Origin: Azolla caroliniana
Lineage: Eukaryota; Plantae; Polypodiophyta
NCBI GenBank assembly: GCA_043228905.1
Contig: JBHGNT010000001.1
Location: 28,830,001 to 28,894,000 of the forward strand
Reading direction: 5' to 3'
DNA: 64,000 bases
Shown: one piece after another, positions 49,501-61,671 of the stretch
Layout: each line of letters starts with the position of its first letter
Position numbering within the stretch: position 1 is the stretch's first letter
Made by a program: the position numbers and the translations under genes
The notes under the pieces: generated by a model
What the model was told of the DNA's origin: nothing
Database searches by the model: none
The model's input: the letters and a program-made list of their open reading frames with translations, nothing else

Positions 49501-52500
49501 ATTTAAGAACTTAGAATTTAATATTTCAAATGATAGGTATATAGCTGTATATCCAGTATATTTATCCCGAGAAAGGAGTATAGAAAAAGTAGATCGATCA
49601 AGGAGTAACTCAAATGAAATGATCGATAACTCAAAGGAAAGGATGGCTGGCCAATTTCGTGCACTCCTTGCTCGTGATTCTCTCTACCTCTTCATTGCCA
49701 CCTTCTGTATTTGCCTGACTGAGCGCGAGTCCATCCGAGAAGACCCTCTCAATTTCTCCATCTTTAGCATTCTCTTTGAGATTATCAGGTATGTTTTCTT
49801 CAAATAATCATATCGTTCTATTTTGATTCACTATTTTGTATTTCATATTTAATCACCATGGTAAATTAGTTTCTGGGCTTGGAAAAGTTAAAACTTCCAG
49901 TTCTTATAGGAAGTGTGTGCCAACCTGTGTAAGATTCTCAAGTAAAACGAAGCCCTAATGCAACAACAATCTCAGTTAAAAATATGATATGCTTCAAATA
50001 AACTAAGAGGAAACCCCCTTTATACTCTAGAATTTACATATGTACAATGCATGCAACCTCTTCCAACATTCTACCTTCAATCACTTGGTGGCGGTGACAT
50101 CACCTCCTCTACCAACAACTTTTAGGAGCAATCTTATACTAAAGTTGGAAATTCTAGACTGCATCCTTTCCATGATCAAGACGATTGTCTAGTTCCTAAA
50201 TGTCTTCCGGAAACGGGTAACTCTTCCACGAGACTAGACACCAAAGTTGGTATATTGATGTACTTGAATCCACGATCTCTCTTTGTAAGTGTCTCCCTCA
50301 TTGAACTCAAAGAGGATTGTCTGGAATCATCATGAATTTGGAAAGGCATTGAGAGTTTGAGAAGATGTCTCTAGGTTAATTTTCTCCATGATACAGAAAA
50401 GGCCCAATCGCTTGTAGTTCAACTTGGCACAAGGACAGGTTGTGGTGATGTTGCAATGTAAAAGTCAGACTTGTTGCAAACTTTGGAATTTGGGGAAATC
50501 GTTTGTCAGCAGTTGACATGGTCCTTGCAATGTATTTTAGCATAGGGTGTAAGCTCTGTGAATAAGTCTTGATTTTTCTCTTGGGAATATCATGCCCATT
50601 CTAACCAAGCCTGCTGGAATGTCCACGCTGAACCGCGGATGAAATCTCAAGCTCATGAAGAAGAATGGTGTTTTGCAGGTCAAAGACAATGTAAAGTATT
50701 GCTCTATGTGAACTCAGCAAAGTTTTGGACGTGACCCAACCATCTTGTTGATAGCTCACTGTACACTAGAGATACTGTTCGAGAATCGAAGTTTTCAGCT
50801 TGAAAATGAGTCTAAGGATGGAATATGGACTGGACCTTGATATAGGTAGTGATGAGTTGAGACATTCCTTTCCAGAAAGGGAAGATGAATTGCAGTTGTC
50901 ATCGAAGTGGGTATCATCCAATAATGGGATGCACCATTGACTTTCTTGGCAAGCAATTTAAAGGTTCGTAGACAATATGTCTGTGCAATGCCACCTTTAA
51001 ATGAACAAGACCACCATCATGTTTAAAATATATTTAGTTGACCCCTGTTACCAAATATGCAATTATAATTTATGCTAGCCTACAGCATGAATCGTGCATG
51101 GCAATGTATTGCAATGAAATATGGAATTAAAGTTAAATGTATCTGGTAGAGTTTGTTGCTGCCCAAGGAAGCTATCTTCTTATGGAGCTGTTGGCTTGGC
51201 ATGCTATCTATGTGGTTTTGGTTTCAAGCTTGAAAAGCTCACTAACAACCAACCAATGGATGATTTGACTGCACTAATGAAAGCTATCTTTGCAGTGAAT
51301 TGGTTCATCTGCTTATAGTTTTCCCTTGACCAAGTTTGGTCACAGTACTGGCAAGCTCTTCTGGTTTTTTGCATACTTTATTCTTGTGAAACTATTTGTG
51401 AATGGGCCTGATTTTGGGCTCTATGGACATTTTGGTGTTGCAACCAATTCCATCTTTGATCACGCGTTTCTTTGTGCTTGGGTTCATCAATCTTTAGTAG
51501 GTTGATCATGTTGTCGTACTTGGAACTTTCCCTAAATTATGATCAACTCATCTACTTCTAGTTTTGCAATGTGATCAGTGGAAACTAGTATGCCTCTTTA
51601 ATGCCTTTGTGAGTAATGCAGATTGGGCTGGTCATTTGGTTAATGTAGCTATTTCAGAATGTAGGAATGGTGGACTTATTAAATGAGACATTTTCTTGAT
51701 TGTCTTACAACATCGTTTGATTGTATATTGAATTGCATTTTTTATTGAGCATGCAGTTGGTAACATCCTACCTTTTTTTAATGTAAAATATGCATTATTT
51801 TGTGTAGGATTTGTCTAGTTTGAAACCATATATGACATCAGTAAAGTAATGTCCTGATGAATTGTTTGGACCCATTCTTGAGTTGGAGATTTCTGCCTAA
51901 AAGTATTCCTACCATGTAAATACCTTCAGGATGCTCCTTAGTTCTATGTCTCATGTTCATTTCAAATAGAAATGAAATATAGAATTTCTATCTGCCACTG
52001 ATATCAGTAGGCAACTCACTATATATAGGAATTAACGACAAATCAACCCACTGTCAAAGGTGCCTTGTGGCCAAAATAGAACATCATATTAGCATTTGTC
52101 GCTGGCAGTACCTATTCAATAATTGCTTTAGCTATATCTTTTGATTTATCAATTTGAGTAGGTAAAGATATGGCACTCCATTGACCTCTTTCCAATGAGG
52201 TATTTATTATAGGTTGCTTTAACTATATTGCGTGACTAATTGCACAATTGGAGTTTGAGTTGATAAAAATATGGTGCTCCATTGATCTCTTTCCAATGAG
52301 GTATTTGTCGTAGATTGCTTTAGCTATATCTTTTGACTCATTACACAATTTAAGTTTGTGTAAAATGGTGCTCCATTGACCTCTTTCCAATAAGGTATTT
52401 ATCATAGGTTGCTTTAGCTATATCTATTGACTCATTACACAATTTAAGTTTCAGTAAGAAAAAATATGGTGCTGCATTGATGGCTTTCCAATGAGTTATT

Positions 52501-52881
52501 TATTATAGGTTTCATTGTCTATTCAATGTTCCAAAATAACTAGAAAATTCCATAAAAGAGATGGGAAAAGTGACCACAATTTCCTTCTTTTACAGTTTTG
52601 CATAATTTCTTAACAATAAAGCTCTATATTATAGTTCAATTAATAAATAATTCACTTTATTGCGTTGCAGCGCATACGGAAATGTTGGACTGTCATTGGG
52701 ATATAGTTGTGCTTTGCAGTTATCTTCCTCTAAAAACACATGTGTGGATGTTCCCTATAGTTTATCCGGAAAGTGGAGCACCACAGGGAAATTCTTTCTT
52801 ATATGCGTAATGTTGTTGGGTAGACATCGTGGCCTTCCAGATGATTTAGATTGGGCTATATCACTCCCATCCTATAAGTGA
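46597..52881 (+). CDS. HKT: HKT/Trk-family cation transporter, copy 2 (3 exons, 672 aa)
   Basis: Exons 46597-48152, 49537-49788 and 52671-52881 with GT/AG boundaries total 2019 nt in frame. Pore motifs [34 protein letters not shown]. Confidence 0.95.
48600..48840. repeat. Two ~70-bp direct repeats in intron 1 of HKT copy 2
   Basis: TTGATTGGTACAATGGTATGTT.TGTCGACCTAGTAGGGAAACGTTCACAATAG.TTTATTAA.AGTGAT at ~48600 and ~48771. Confidence 0.8.
49916..50960 (-). mobile_element. Degenerate chromovirus (gypsy) integrase/chromodomain plus 3' LTR in intron 2 of HKT copy 2
   Basis: Minus strand gives [10 protein letters not shown](P)F..EKIN (GPY/F region) and [14 protein letters not shown] (chromodomain-like). 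PPT AGAGGAGGTGA is followed by TGTCACC at ~50099. Boundaries approximate. Confidence 0.62.
52124..52512. repeat. About four degenerate ~100-bp tandem repeats in intron 2 of HKT copy 2
   Basis: TTGCTTTAGCTATATCTTTTGA...ATGGTGCTCCATTGACCTCTTTCCAATGAGGTATTT recurs. Confidence 0.8.
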
Positions 52882-55019
52882 CCGTTGCTTGAATGATATG
52901 AACGTGGTTTTCTGAACACTTAATTTCTCTTTTATATAAGGCAATTGCAATTGTATTTTTTGCTATGAATTTCTTATTGAATTATTCATCTAAGTGAGCA
53001 GATGTTGGAATTCTACCAGCCTGATTGGTGACATCTCTCTGAAAAGACCTTGGTTAGCAATGTATAATGATCTGATGAAACATAGGACATGATTAGGAAG
53101 CCCTTGCACTTGTATTATGAGCACACCTCATTATCTTGAAATGAAATTTAAAGGCACACATGAAGATAACCATAATACAAAGATATTCAAAATCAAGATG
53201 TTACAGCCTAAAGGCCTTTATTTTTAACAGACCAGATGAATCACAAATGTCAGGGAAAGATTAGCAAAGAGGGAGACCCTGATGAGAAATGTTGAATGCA
53301 TATTGAAGTGGGTAGTCTTGCTTACTTCGAATTGTATTTGGAGTAGTTGGTGACATTACTAAATAAAACATTAATTGTGTTTTGATTTCTTGTAGTTCTA
53401 CTATTTGGATTTGGACAATCATCAGGTTTTCTGTAAGTGCTCAAGGGTGTGTGTGTTGATAGGACTTGCAAAGCTAGAGCAAACAATGCAAAAAAGATTT
53501 GTATGAGAGCACACAAGTGTTGCAACATGCATGTGCTACAAAACATATGTCGGCTTGTATGGTCCCTAGTGAGGAGATGCGGATAGAATGGACACGTAAA
53601 TATATCGTAGAACAGTTAAATCAACCTAAATATATTACAACATTTATGTAAGCTCATGTGCTCCTATGTGAGGATATGTAGTTAGAACAAAGGCTTGGAG
53701 TGATGCAACACCTTATTTCACTCACATAAGCTTGGCTTTTGTACATTATATCACCAAAGTCCATGTCATAAACTCATGAACCACCCAATCCATTCATCAT
53801 GAGGCATGAGGTCTATTTGTACTTGTTCACATGAACAGATGAATGAGGCAACTAGAAACACTTACTAACAGCCCTGTTGTTCAAATCCAAATAGTTTGAA
53901 TTTAGTTCATTGGTTTATGTTCCCAAATATTGTATTTGATGAGCAGGGTTATTCACTAATGGTTTGGGATAGCCTTTTGATATTGTAAATCTTTGAAGAT
54001 TGGACACTTTGAATTGTGGCCTACCTCAAATGCCTTTGCTCTCAACCCTTGCTTTGAAATTCTTTTGCATGTCTCTTAGATTAGAGCATTACAAAGAAAT
54101 GTGGATTAGGGAGTACATAACAACACAACATATTACCAATGATTAATAGAGTTGTATGCAAATTAACCAAGAGAGTAGTCAAAATAGACAAATAAAGGAA
54201 TGAATGAAATCACACCTTCCTACGGACTTCAAGGATCCAAATTGGTTTACATGTTGGGTAGTTTTCCTAGTGTTTAACTCAAGTCTGAATTTCTAGTAGT
54301 CTTAAAGTCAATATACATTTATTGGCCAAGTGCTTCTCTCATTGTGGTGAAGTAGTTCTTTTCCTTCTTCAAGAGTTTGTTGCTTGCATAGTATTGGCTC
54401 TAGGATAATGTCTACTATCATTGAAAGTGGTCATTCATTTGCTTGATCAGCCGCAAAGTTGTCCAATATTGCTCACCTTAAAGTCAGGATAAAGGGTTTG
54501 AATATCTCCACAATCATTTATTGGAAGGTCGCCATTGACGTTTTGAGCCCAATCATCATCACGATCAAGATCGTAATAATAGAATGAACCATACGTACCA
54601 TATGTGCATGGTAAATCATCTCAAAGTTGGATTGTATTTATAAGTTGGAAAAAAAAAAGATTGGAATTTCAAAAATTGACTATGGTCTATTTTATATATT
54701 GATTGAATCAAATGTCAACACAATTGAAAGCTCAAAACCTAGGAATTACTTAATTACTAAACATTAGAAAGCATGAACATAAAAATCAAATAGTTCAAAG
54801 ACATAATTGTATTAATGATGAGCTCATCTTGCAATTATGAATGTTCTGATCTCGCAACTAGTGAAGGGTATCAATTTCTTCACTTTAAAACTTTACAAAA
54901 AAATATGTATGAACTATAGAGATTGAATGAAAATATGTCAATATAAATTATAATCAAATGTTCAAAAACTCATAAAACCAATTGACAAAGTTCCATGCTA
55001 ACCACAGAATATGAAGAAA

Positions 55020-55590
55020 ACATGACACTAACATAAAATTTTGCTATGACATGACACTAAGAAAATTAGGGATCGAACCCAAGAAATAAGGAATAGTAGC
55101 ATAGCAACTTCCCACTAAGGTGAACTAATTTCTAGTAATAGAGAAACAAAGAAAAGAAAGAAAAAGGGATATGACTCTAACATAAAAGTTTGATATAGCC
55201 TATGACATGGCACTAACGAGAGAGAGAGACATAGGCAGTAGTAGTATAAATGCTAACCACTAAGGTTAGCTAATTTCGAATAACAAAGAAACAAAAATAA
55301 GTAAATAACGAAACATGACACTAACGAGAAAGAGATGAGGGAATTGGGAATGTAACCCAAGATGTAGACGACAATAGGATAACAACTTACCACTTTCAAA
55401 TAAGAAAGACAGAATTTTTTTATAAAAAGCAATATGACACTAACACAAAATTTTGCTACGACATGACACTAACAAGAGAGAGATGAGAAAATTGGGAATC
55501 AAACCCAAGACATAAACAATAGTATCATAACAGCTTAGTAATAAGGTGAGCTAATTCCCAGTAACAAAAGAAGAAGAAAATAAGAGAAAA
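55020..55590 (-). repeat. Degenerate tandem array with tRNA/SINE-like A and B boxes
   Basis: Recurring CATGACACTAAC units. The minus strand shows GGGTTCGATCCC (B box, 55069-55080), degenerate copies near 55347 and 55494, and A-box-like TAGCTAACCTTAGTGG. Confidence 0.5.
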
Positions 55591-56358
55591 ACGGAGCACG
55601 CATTTTCCCCTTTTCAAACATGTTCATTTCTAAACGTATCTATGCTTGCACGAACAGGTTTAGTACGTTCTATGATTGTAATGAACACACCCCAAATTTA
55701 AATGAGTGTATTGTTCTCTTGTTCTTTTGGGGTCCTGCAAACTTGGGTGTTGTCAGTTAACCCTTTCAAGAAGTTATAAGTTCGATGCGCAAACAAAATG
55801 TTCAAAATGGAATTTGTGAAAGTTGGAAGAAATAGGTTCATGATTGTGGCATGGATACTTGGAGTTTCTCGGTATTCTTTGCATCCGGAAATTTTAGGTT
55901 ATGAGGGCTTTTTAATTAGTGTCAAGCATAATGTGGTGCCCATAATCGTCAGTAGGACAAAAGTTTATATGCAATTGTAAGCCACGAACTGGTCTAAATC
56001 ATAAATATCAACAATATAGAATAAATTGTTGCTTAAGAATTATTTTCTATGATTCTAGATATATTTTCTCCCTTGCCTTTTTTAAGGAAGAACCATTGGG
56101 TTTCCTCTAGGGAAGTTTGAACCATACCATTTTTTTAGGTGTTCTTTATATAGACAAGAGTTTATGCACATTACATAGAAAATATGTTTTTCTTTCTTTC
56201 TTTCTTTCCAAAATGAAGCTACTTTCCGATTTGAAAAATATGTTTTTTAAATCCACGGGTATTGGGTATTGAAAATAGGGAAGGGAGACTGAATATTAGA
56301 GAAATTTCCAATTGCATCAAGTTCGCAACTTTTCAAGTCTAAGCTATTTTTCGGCATA

Positions 56359-56827
56359 TGTTCCATCTTAATGTTTACATAAAACATGTACATTGGGAGC
56401 ATTTCTATCGCTTTGGCCCATGGGTTACCCCTACCATAGTATGAACCATACACACCATACGTGCATTCGCATTTGCGAATGTTTCAATCATTCATGAAAG
56501 AAAAACACCCTCAAAGAATGATAAATACCATACTTTCGGATTAACTATTTATTAAGAGGTAAATAAGCCTAAAATATGGAAGAAAAACAAAACAAAAAAA
56601 CATTAAGAAAATGGGAAAAAAAACCCACGAATGTTTGAATAAAATTCGCATTCGTTTTCCAACGTAGGAAAACGAATGTTATGCTAGCTGAACACGAATT
56701 TTACGTACTATGACCGCTACCATGTTATATAATGACTTACAAGAAGAATGTTCCACATTAATGTTTATAAAAAACATGTACATAGGGAGCATTTCTATCA
56801 CTTTGGCCCATGGGTTAACCCTGCCAT
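56359..56827. repeat. Pair of ~78-bp direct repeats about 390 bp apart
   Basis: TGTTCCA...TTAATGTTTA.A.AAAACATGTACAT.GGGAGCATTTCTATC.CTTTGGCCCATGGGTTA.CCCT.CCAT at ~56359 and ~56748. Confidence 0.7.
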
Positions 56828-58168
56828 GTGTATATAATGACTTACAAAACATGAATTGAATCTATTTTGTGGAGAAGCATTGAATATTAGGGAATGCTAT
56901 CTCAACGATGAGGTTTGTTCTTGTTGGATCTCTACATCTACTATAACATTTTGATACGTAACATCACCATAATCTTTATGTTCAATTTTATTATGAGTGA
57001 TGGACAATGATCTCAAAAGTCAAATGATCTCAAATGATATAACCTTATGTAAGCCCCATACTTTTTTGACCTTTTGGTCTATCAAACTACCAATAATATT
57101 ATGATAACATTATTTATATTGATACCCCAATATTATTTATATTGATAACTTTATTAACTTGAAGCGGCAAAGAATGTTTAACTTCCCACCCCAACAACCG
57201 TGATGCTACTAAACCTCTGATTGCAATGAGTTAGTAGATGCTCTTTCTACTGGAGAGTTCCGTTGTATAAATTCCAACACTTTACTTAGTTTCCGACAAG
57301 TGATTCACAATCGAAGACCTTGTACACTTCACATGCATTTCAGAATTGACCACATCCACCAATTTGCTTTGACTTAATAAATCCAAAATTGATCCCTACT
57401 ACCTTCTCAATAAAATAAGCCTTCCATTTTTGTCAGATGTTGACTACCCTCAAATGTAAACCTAAGCGATGAAAACTTTTGAGAGGTCATATGATCATAT
57501 AATTTTAATGATGTTACTCTTTCTTTGAATTCATTTTGGAGTACAAAAATGTTCCAAAACCAACTAGGAAATGCTTCCGAAGAAGAGCCATATCGAAGTT
57601 GTTACCTTTTGAATTGCCTTGCTTTTAGCACATCAATAATGGGAGATAATAAGAACCATATGGAGTATAATGGATTGAACCACTTTATGCTTTACATGAT
57701 AAAGTCACGATTGTGATCTCTCTCCTCTCCTCAAGTCTTTTGGTCTTTTAAATATGACAATGCACAACATGTGAGAACGAGACCTCAATATAAAAAGCCT
57801 AGGTGTTGGCCAAATCTCCCAATGATGTGCTGCCCTTCTTGACCATGTAGGCTCCTACATCTATTTCTGAATATACGCAATGTGAAGTGACTGTTTCATA
57901 CTAATGTGTAACCCAAAGCAATTGCAATAATTCATCCACTTCCAAAGCTTCAATAAGGTTCTAACATCTAGCACCCAAAAAACATAATATGAGAATCTAC
58001 TAGAGCAATGCCATACTTCCCACATGGCAACATCAAGCCCAAGGTACTCTGACTCTTTGATAGGAAAGATTTATAATATTCTTGAAAGAAATAATGGCTA
58101 ATAGGTTATGTTATATAAAATCTTGCCCTTTGGTAAGACCCAATATACAGTCTATTCCAAGTTGTAGA

Positions 58169-58316
58169 ATCCTTGTTTAGAGTATACACGCAGTCTATTA
58201 TTATTCATAGTTCTCATTATGACTTTCAAGCACAAAGATAGATCCTTGTTTAGAGTATACACTCAGTCTATTATTCATAGTTCCCAACGCTCATTATGAC
58301 TTTCAAGCACAAAGAG
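58169..58316. repeat. Two ~75-bp tandem repeats in the HKT copy 3 promoter region
   Basis: ATCCTTGTTTAGAGTATACAC.CAGTCTATTATT...CTCATTATGACTTTCAAGCACAAAGA occurs twice. Confidence 0.8.
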
Positions 58317-58515
58317 AGACATATAATTCTGACAAACTTTGAAGATAGATTGGTCAATATTTGTGAGTTTACTATGTCAAATATATTGTTACTAGGTCTT
58401 TTTTAATAAGAATATCTGGCTACCAAGTAATGAGAGTCCACTTTCTCATAGAAAGTAGTAGCCATGAGCAGCAGCTTGTCTTCCTGTATGTAGTAGAACC
58501 AAAGAGAGCACAAAC

Positions 58516-61500
58516 ATGTATAGAATGCTGAAATGGCTATGGCTCCGGGTATCCTCGCTGCTGCTGACGTGCCGCCACATGTCGGGCACCAATTGGAAGA
58601 ACATACTTCATACGACGGGCTCATTCCGATGCCTCCACGTCACTTACTTCCTCGTGCTCTCAATGGTCGGCGCGTCCACACTGCGGCTGTTGTTCCTGAC
58701 CGACGGCCACCGCCTCGGATTCATCGACGCCCTCTTCTTCACAGTCTCGGCTCTCTGCCTCACCGGAATGGGCACGGTCGAGATGCACCGCTTCTCCATA
58801 TCTGCCAAGCTTTTCCTCATCCTCCTCATGAACCTGGGCGGCCAGGTGTTCACGTCGGCTATCCCGCTCTTCATCCGCAGCATCGTGTCCGCGCGATCCA
58901 TCTCCGAACACCGCCGATCTGCTACATCCTCCCTTGGCCGTACCAATTCCGCATCCACATCTGCTCCGCGGCACAAGCTGGGAATGGCGGCGCCCTCCCA
59001 TCTCACGTTAGCTGGGGATGATGGCCATGCCCATTCCTCGCCTATTCCTCTCAATGTGACTGCGTACGCAACATCGGATTCGATGGAGTGGCGGGCGTTG
59101 GCCGATTCTCAACCTCCTCCGCCTACGCCTCCGCCTCCGCGCACCAAGAAGGCGGCCAAAAGAGCCGCGTCCATGCCCGCCATGCCCAGTTTGAAGTGGT
59201 CGGAACAGAAGATGGAATCCAGGCAGTGGCAGCAGAAGCAGAAGGCGGCGGCGGGGGCATGGGAGCAGGGGAAGCAGTCAAAGAGGGGGGTAGAGTTTGA
59301 GGAGAGTGCCGATGTGGGGGATGAAGGGCTGGTGGAGCACGAAGCGCTGGTGGTACTGAGCCGGGTGGTGGTGGGGTACTTCATAGCGGTGCAAGGGCTG
59401 GGATTGGCGGTGTGTTGGGGGGTGGTGGCGAGCAGCGAGAGGGCGAGGAGGACGCTGCGGGAGAGGGGGGGGGGCGGGGGCGAGCCCTGCGTTCTTCGCC
59501 TTCTTCACGGTGGTGTCGGCGTTCGCCAACGCCGGGTTCGGGGTGCTGGACGACAACCTGGTGTCCATGCAGCAGGAATGGGCGCTGCTCCTGACCCTCA
59601 TCGCCCTGGTCCTGCTGGGCAACACGCTGTACGCGCCCACCCTGAGGGCGCTCATTTGGGCTCTTCACAAGTGGGTGGGGCGGCGGGGCCCGGACAACAC
59701 AAGGCTCCTCACCACCACCACCACCACCACTACCCCTCCTCCTCGCCCGTCGTCCGCCCTGGCCTACCTGCTCAACTCCCCCCGCCGCTGCTTCACCCAC
59801 CTCTTCCCGCGCGCCGAGACCCTGTGGGTGCTCTTCACCGTCTGCGTCCTCAACGCGCTGGCCATGGCGGACATCGGCGCGCTCGACTGGAACGGCCCCG
59901 CCTTCTCCGGCCTCCCCTCCCCCGTCTCCAAGCTCGTCAACGCCCTCTTCGCCTCCACCGCCACTCGCAATGCCGGCCTCAACGCCGTCAACATCGCCTC
60001 CTTCTCCCCTCCCACCCTCGTTCTCATGATCGTCATGATGTGAGTTTTTTGAGTACCTCCCCCCGCCCCTTCTTCTTTGTTTCTCTCCTATCACACGGAG
60101 CATCCATCTATCTATCTATCTACAAACGGGTTCCGTGTGTGAGTTCCACTTCATTCATGTCATGTCATGTGACATGTCCCATGAGTGGTTCTTGCATCCA
60201 AAGTCCTTGTCCTATGCATTATATATACATATATATATACACGGTACACACCTACCCACCCATGGCCTACCCTTGTTTGTCATGGCCCACACACAGTCAT
60301 GTCATGGGTGGATGGTTCTTGCATCGAAAGTCCTTGTCTCTATGCATTATATATATATATATAAACACGGTACACACCCACCCATGGCCTACCCATGTTT
60401 GTCATGGCCCACACACACACACTGTGTGTGTGTGTGTGTGGTGTCTCTTCTTTGAGAAGATGACATGTTGTTTAGTTTGGATATTTGGCAACAAATATTT
60501 AACCTAAACTCATGATAATGTTGTTGTTTCATAAAGATGCAATAAGATCGATTATGAATGGATTAATAAACTTTTAACATGTCTCTCTTTATATAACCGA
60601 GTTATTGCCCATTTGTCTTGAATGGAAGATTCACTTGGACTCCCACATATCTTTCATGTGTGGCCTCCTAAAAAGTATGTTCTTCGAGACTACTAACAAC
60701 ATTATATCACGATGTTGGATAGTTACATTATGTATATCCTCTTTAGTTGGATCTGTACAACTAACAAGTTATTTTTTTGTCTTCTGTTGGATATGTTCAA
60801 TCACGTAAGTAACTAACAACTTGGTTTTTATTGATTTATGATGATATCAATGCTTTGCATATTCATGACTCTTATTGTTGGAAGGGTTGGAGTTCTTAGG
60901 GTAAATCTAACATTCGTCTTCATGCAACGGATATTTTGTTGTTGTTAGGCTAATGAACTTAAATGTTTATATTTGGAATCATAGGTATATAGTTGTGTAT
61001 CCGGTGTATTTGTCGCGTGAAAGGAGTAGAGAAGAAGTGGGTGGATCGACGAGCAACTTGCACAAAATGATAACTAGCTCAAAGGAAAGGATGATTGGTG
61101 CATTTTATATGCTCCTTATTCGTGACTCTATCCACCTTGTCATTGCCACTTTTTGTATTTGCTTAACCGAGCGCAACTCCATCCGAGAAGACCCTCTTAA
61201 CTTCTCCATCTTTAATATTGCCTTCGAGATTGTCAGGTATGTCATCTTTAAAATAATCACATCATTCTAAATGCATAAAAAATAGTTAATTAACTACATT
61301 GGTGGGAAAAAGTGACCATCATTCCAACTACTTTGAGAGTTTCACATATTTCATTGTAGAGCTTCATACATTATGATCTTAACAAAATTGTAACAATGTT
61401 TTTGTTATAACAATTAATAGATAAATAGACAATAATAATTCATTATGTTGCATTGAACAGTGCTTATGGAAATGTTGGACTCTCAATGGGATATAGTTGT

Positions 61501-61671
61501 GCCTTGCAAGTATCATCTTCTAAAAATACATGTGTGGATGTTCCCTATAGTTTCTCCGGAAAATGGAGTCCTCTAGGGAAACTCTTCCTTATTTGCACAA
61601 TGCTATTGGGTAGACATCGTGGTCTTCCAGATGAATTAGATTGGGCCATATCACTTCCGTCCTATAAATGA
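58516..61671 (+). CDS. HKT: HKT/Trk-family cation transporter, copy 3; frameshifted at a G run (pseudogene or sequencing error)
   Basis: Exons 58516-60039, 60985-61236 and 61461-61671 total 1987 nt (3n+1). HKT homology switches frame at 59465-59480 (RERG.../[20 protein letters not shown]). No other lesion seen. Pore motifs [34 protein letters not shown]. Confidence 0.88.
60185..60420. repeat. Two ~125-bp tandem repeats with (TA)n in intron 1 of HKT copy 3
   Basis: TGGTTCTTGCATC.AAAGTCCTTGTC...CACGGTACACACC...CCCATGGCCTACC..TGTTTGTCATGGCCCACACAC occurs twice. Confidence 0.8.

Noticed and set aside
57200-57900. Possible decayed NB-ARC/LRR-like coding remnant on the minus strand
   Set aside because: Only vague GLxL and LxxC-like patterns with many stops; needs a profile search.
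58516-60507. 663-aa ORF as a novel His-rich HKT fusion protein
   Set aside because: After ~59470 it is the wrong frame of HKT exon 1 and then runs into intron 1 repeats.
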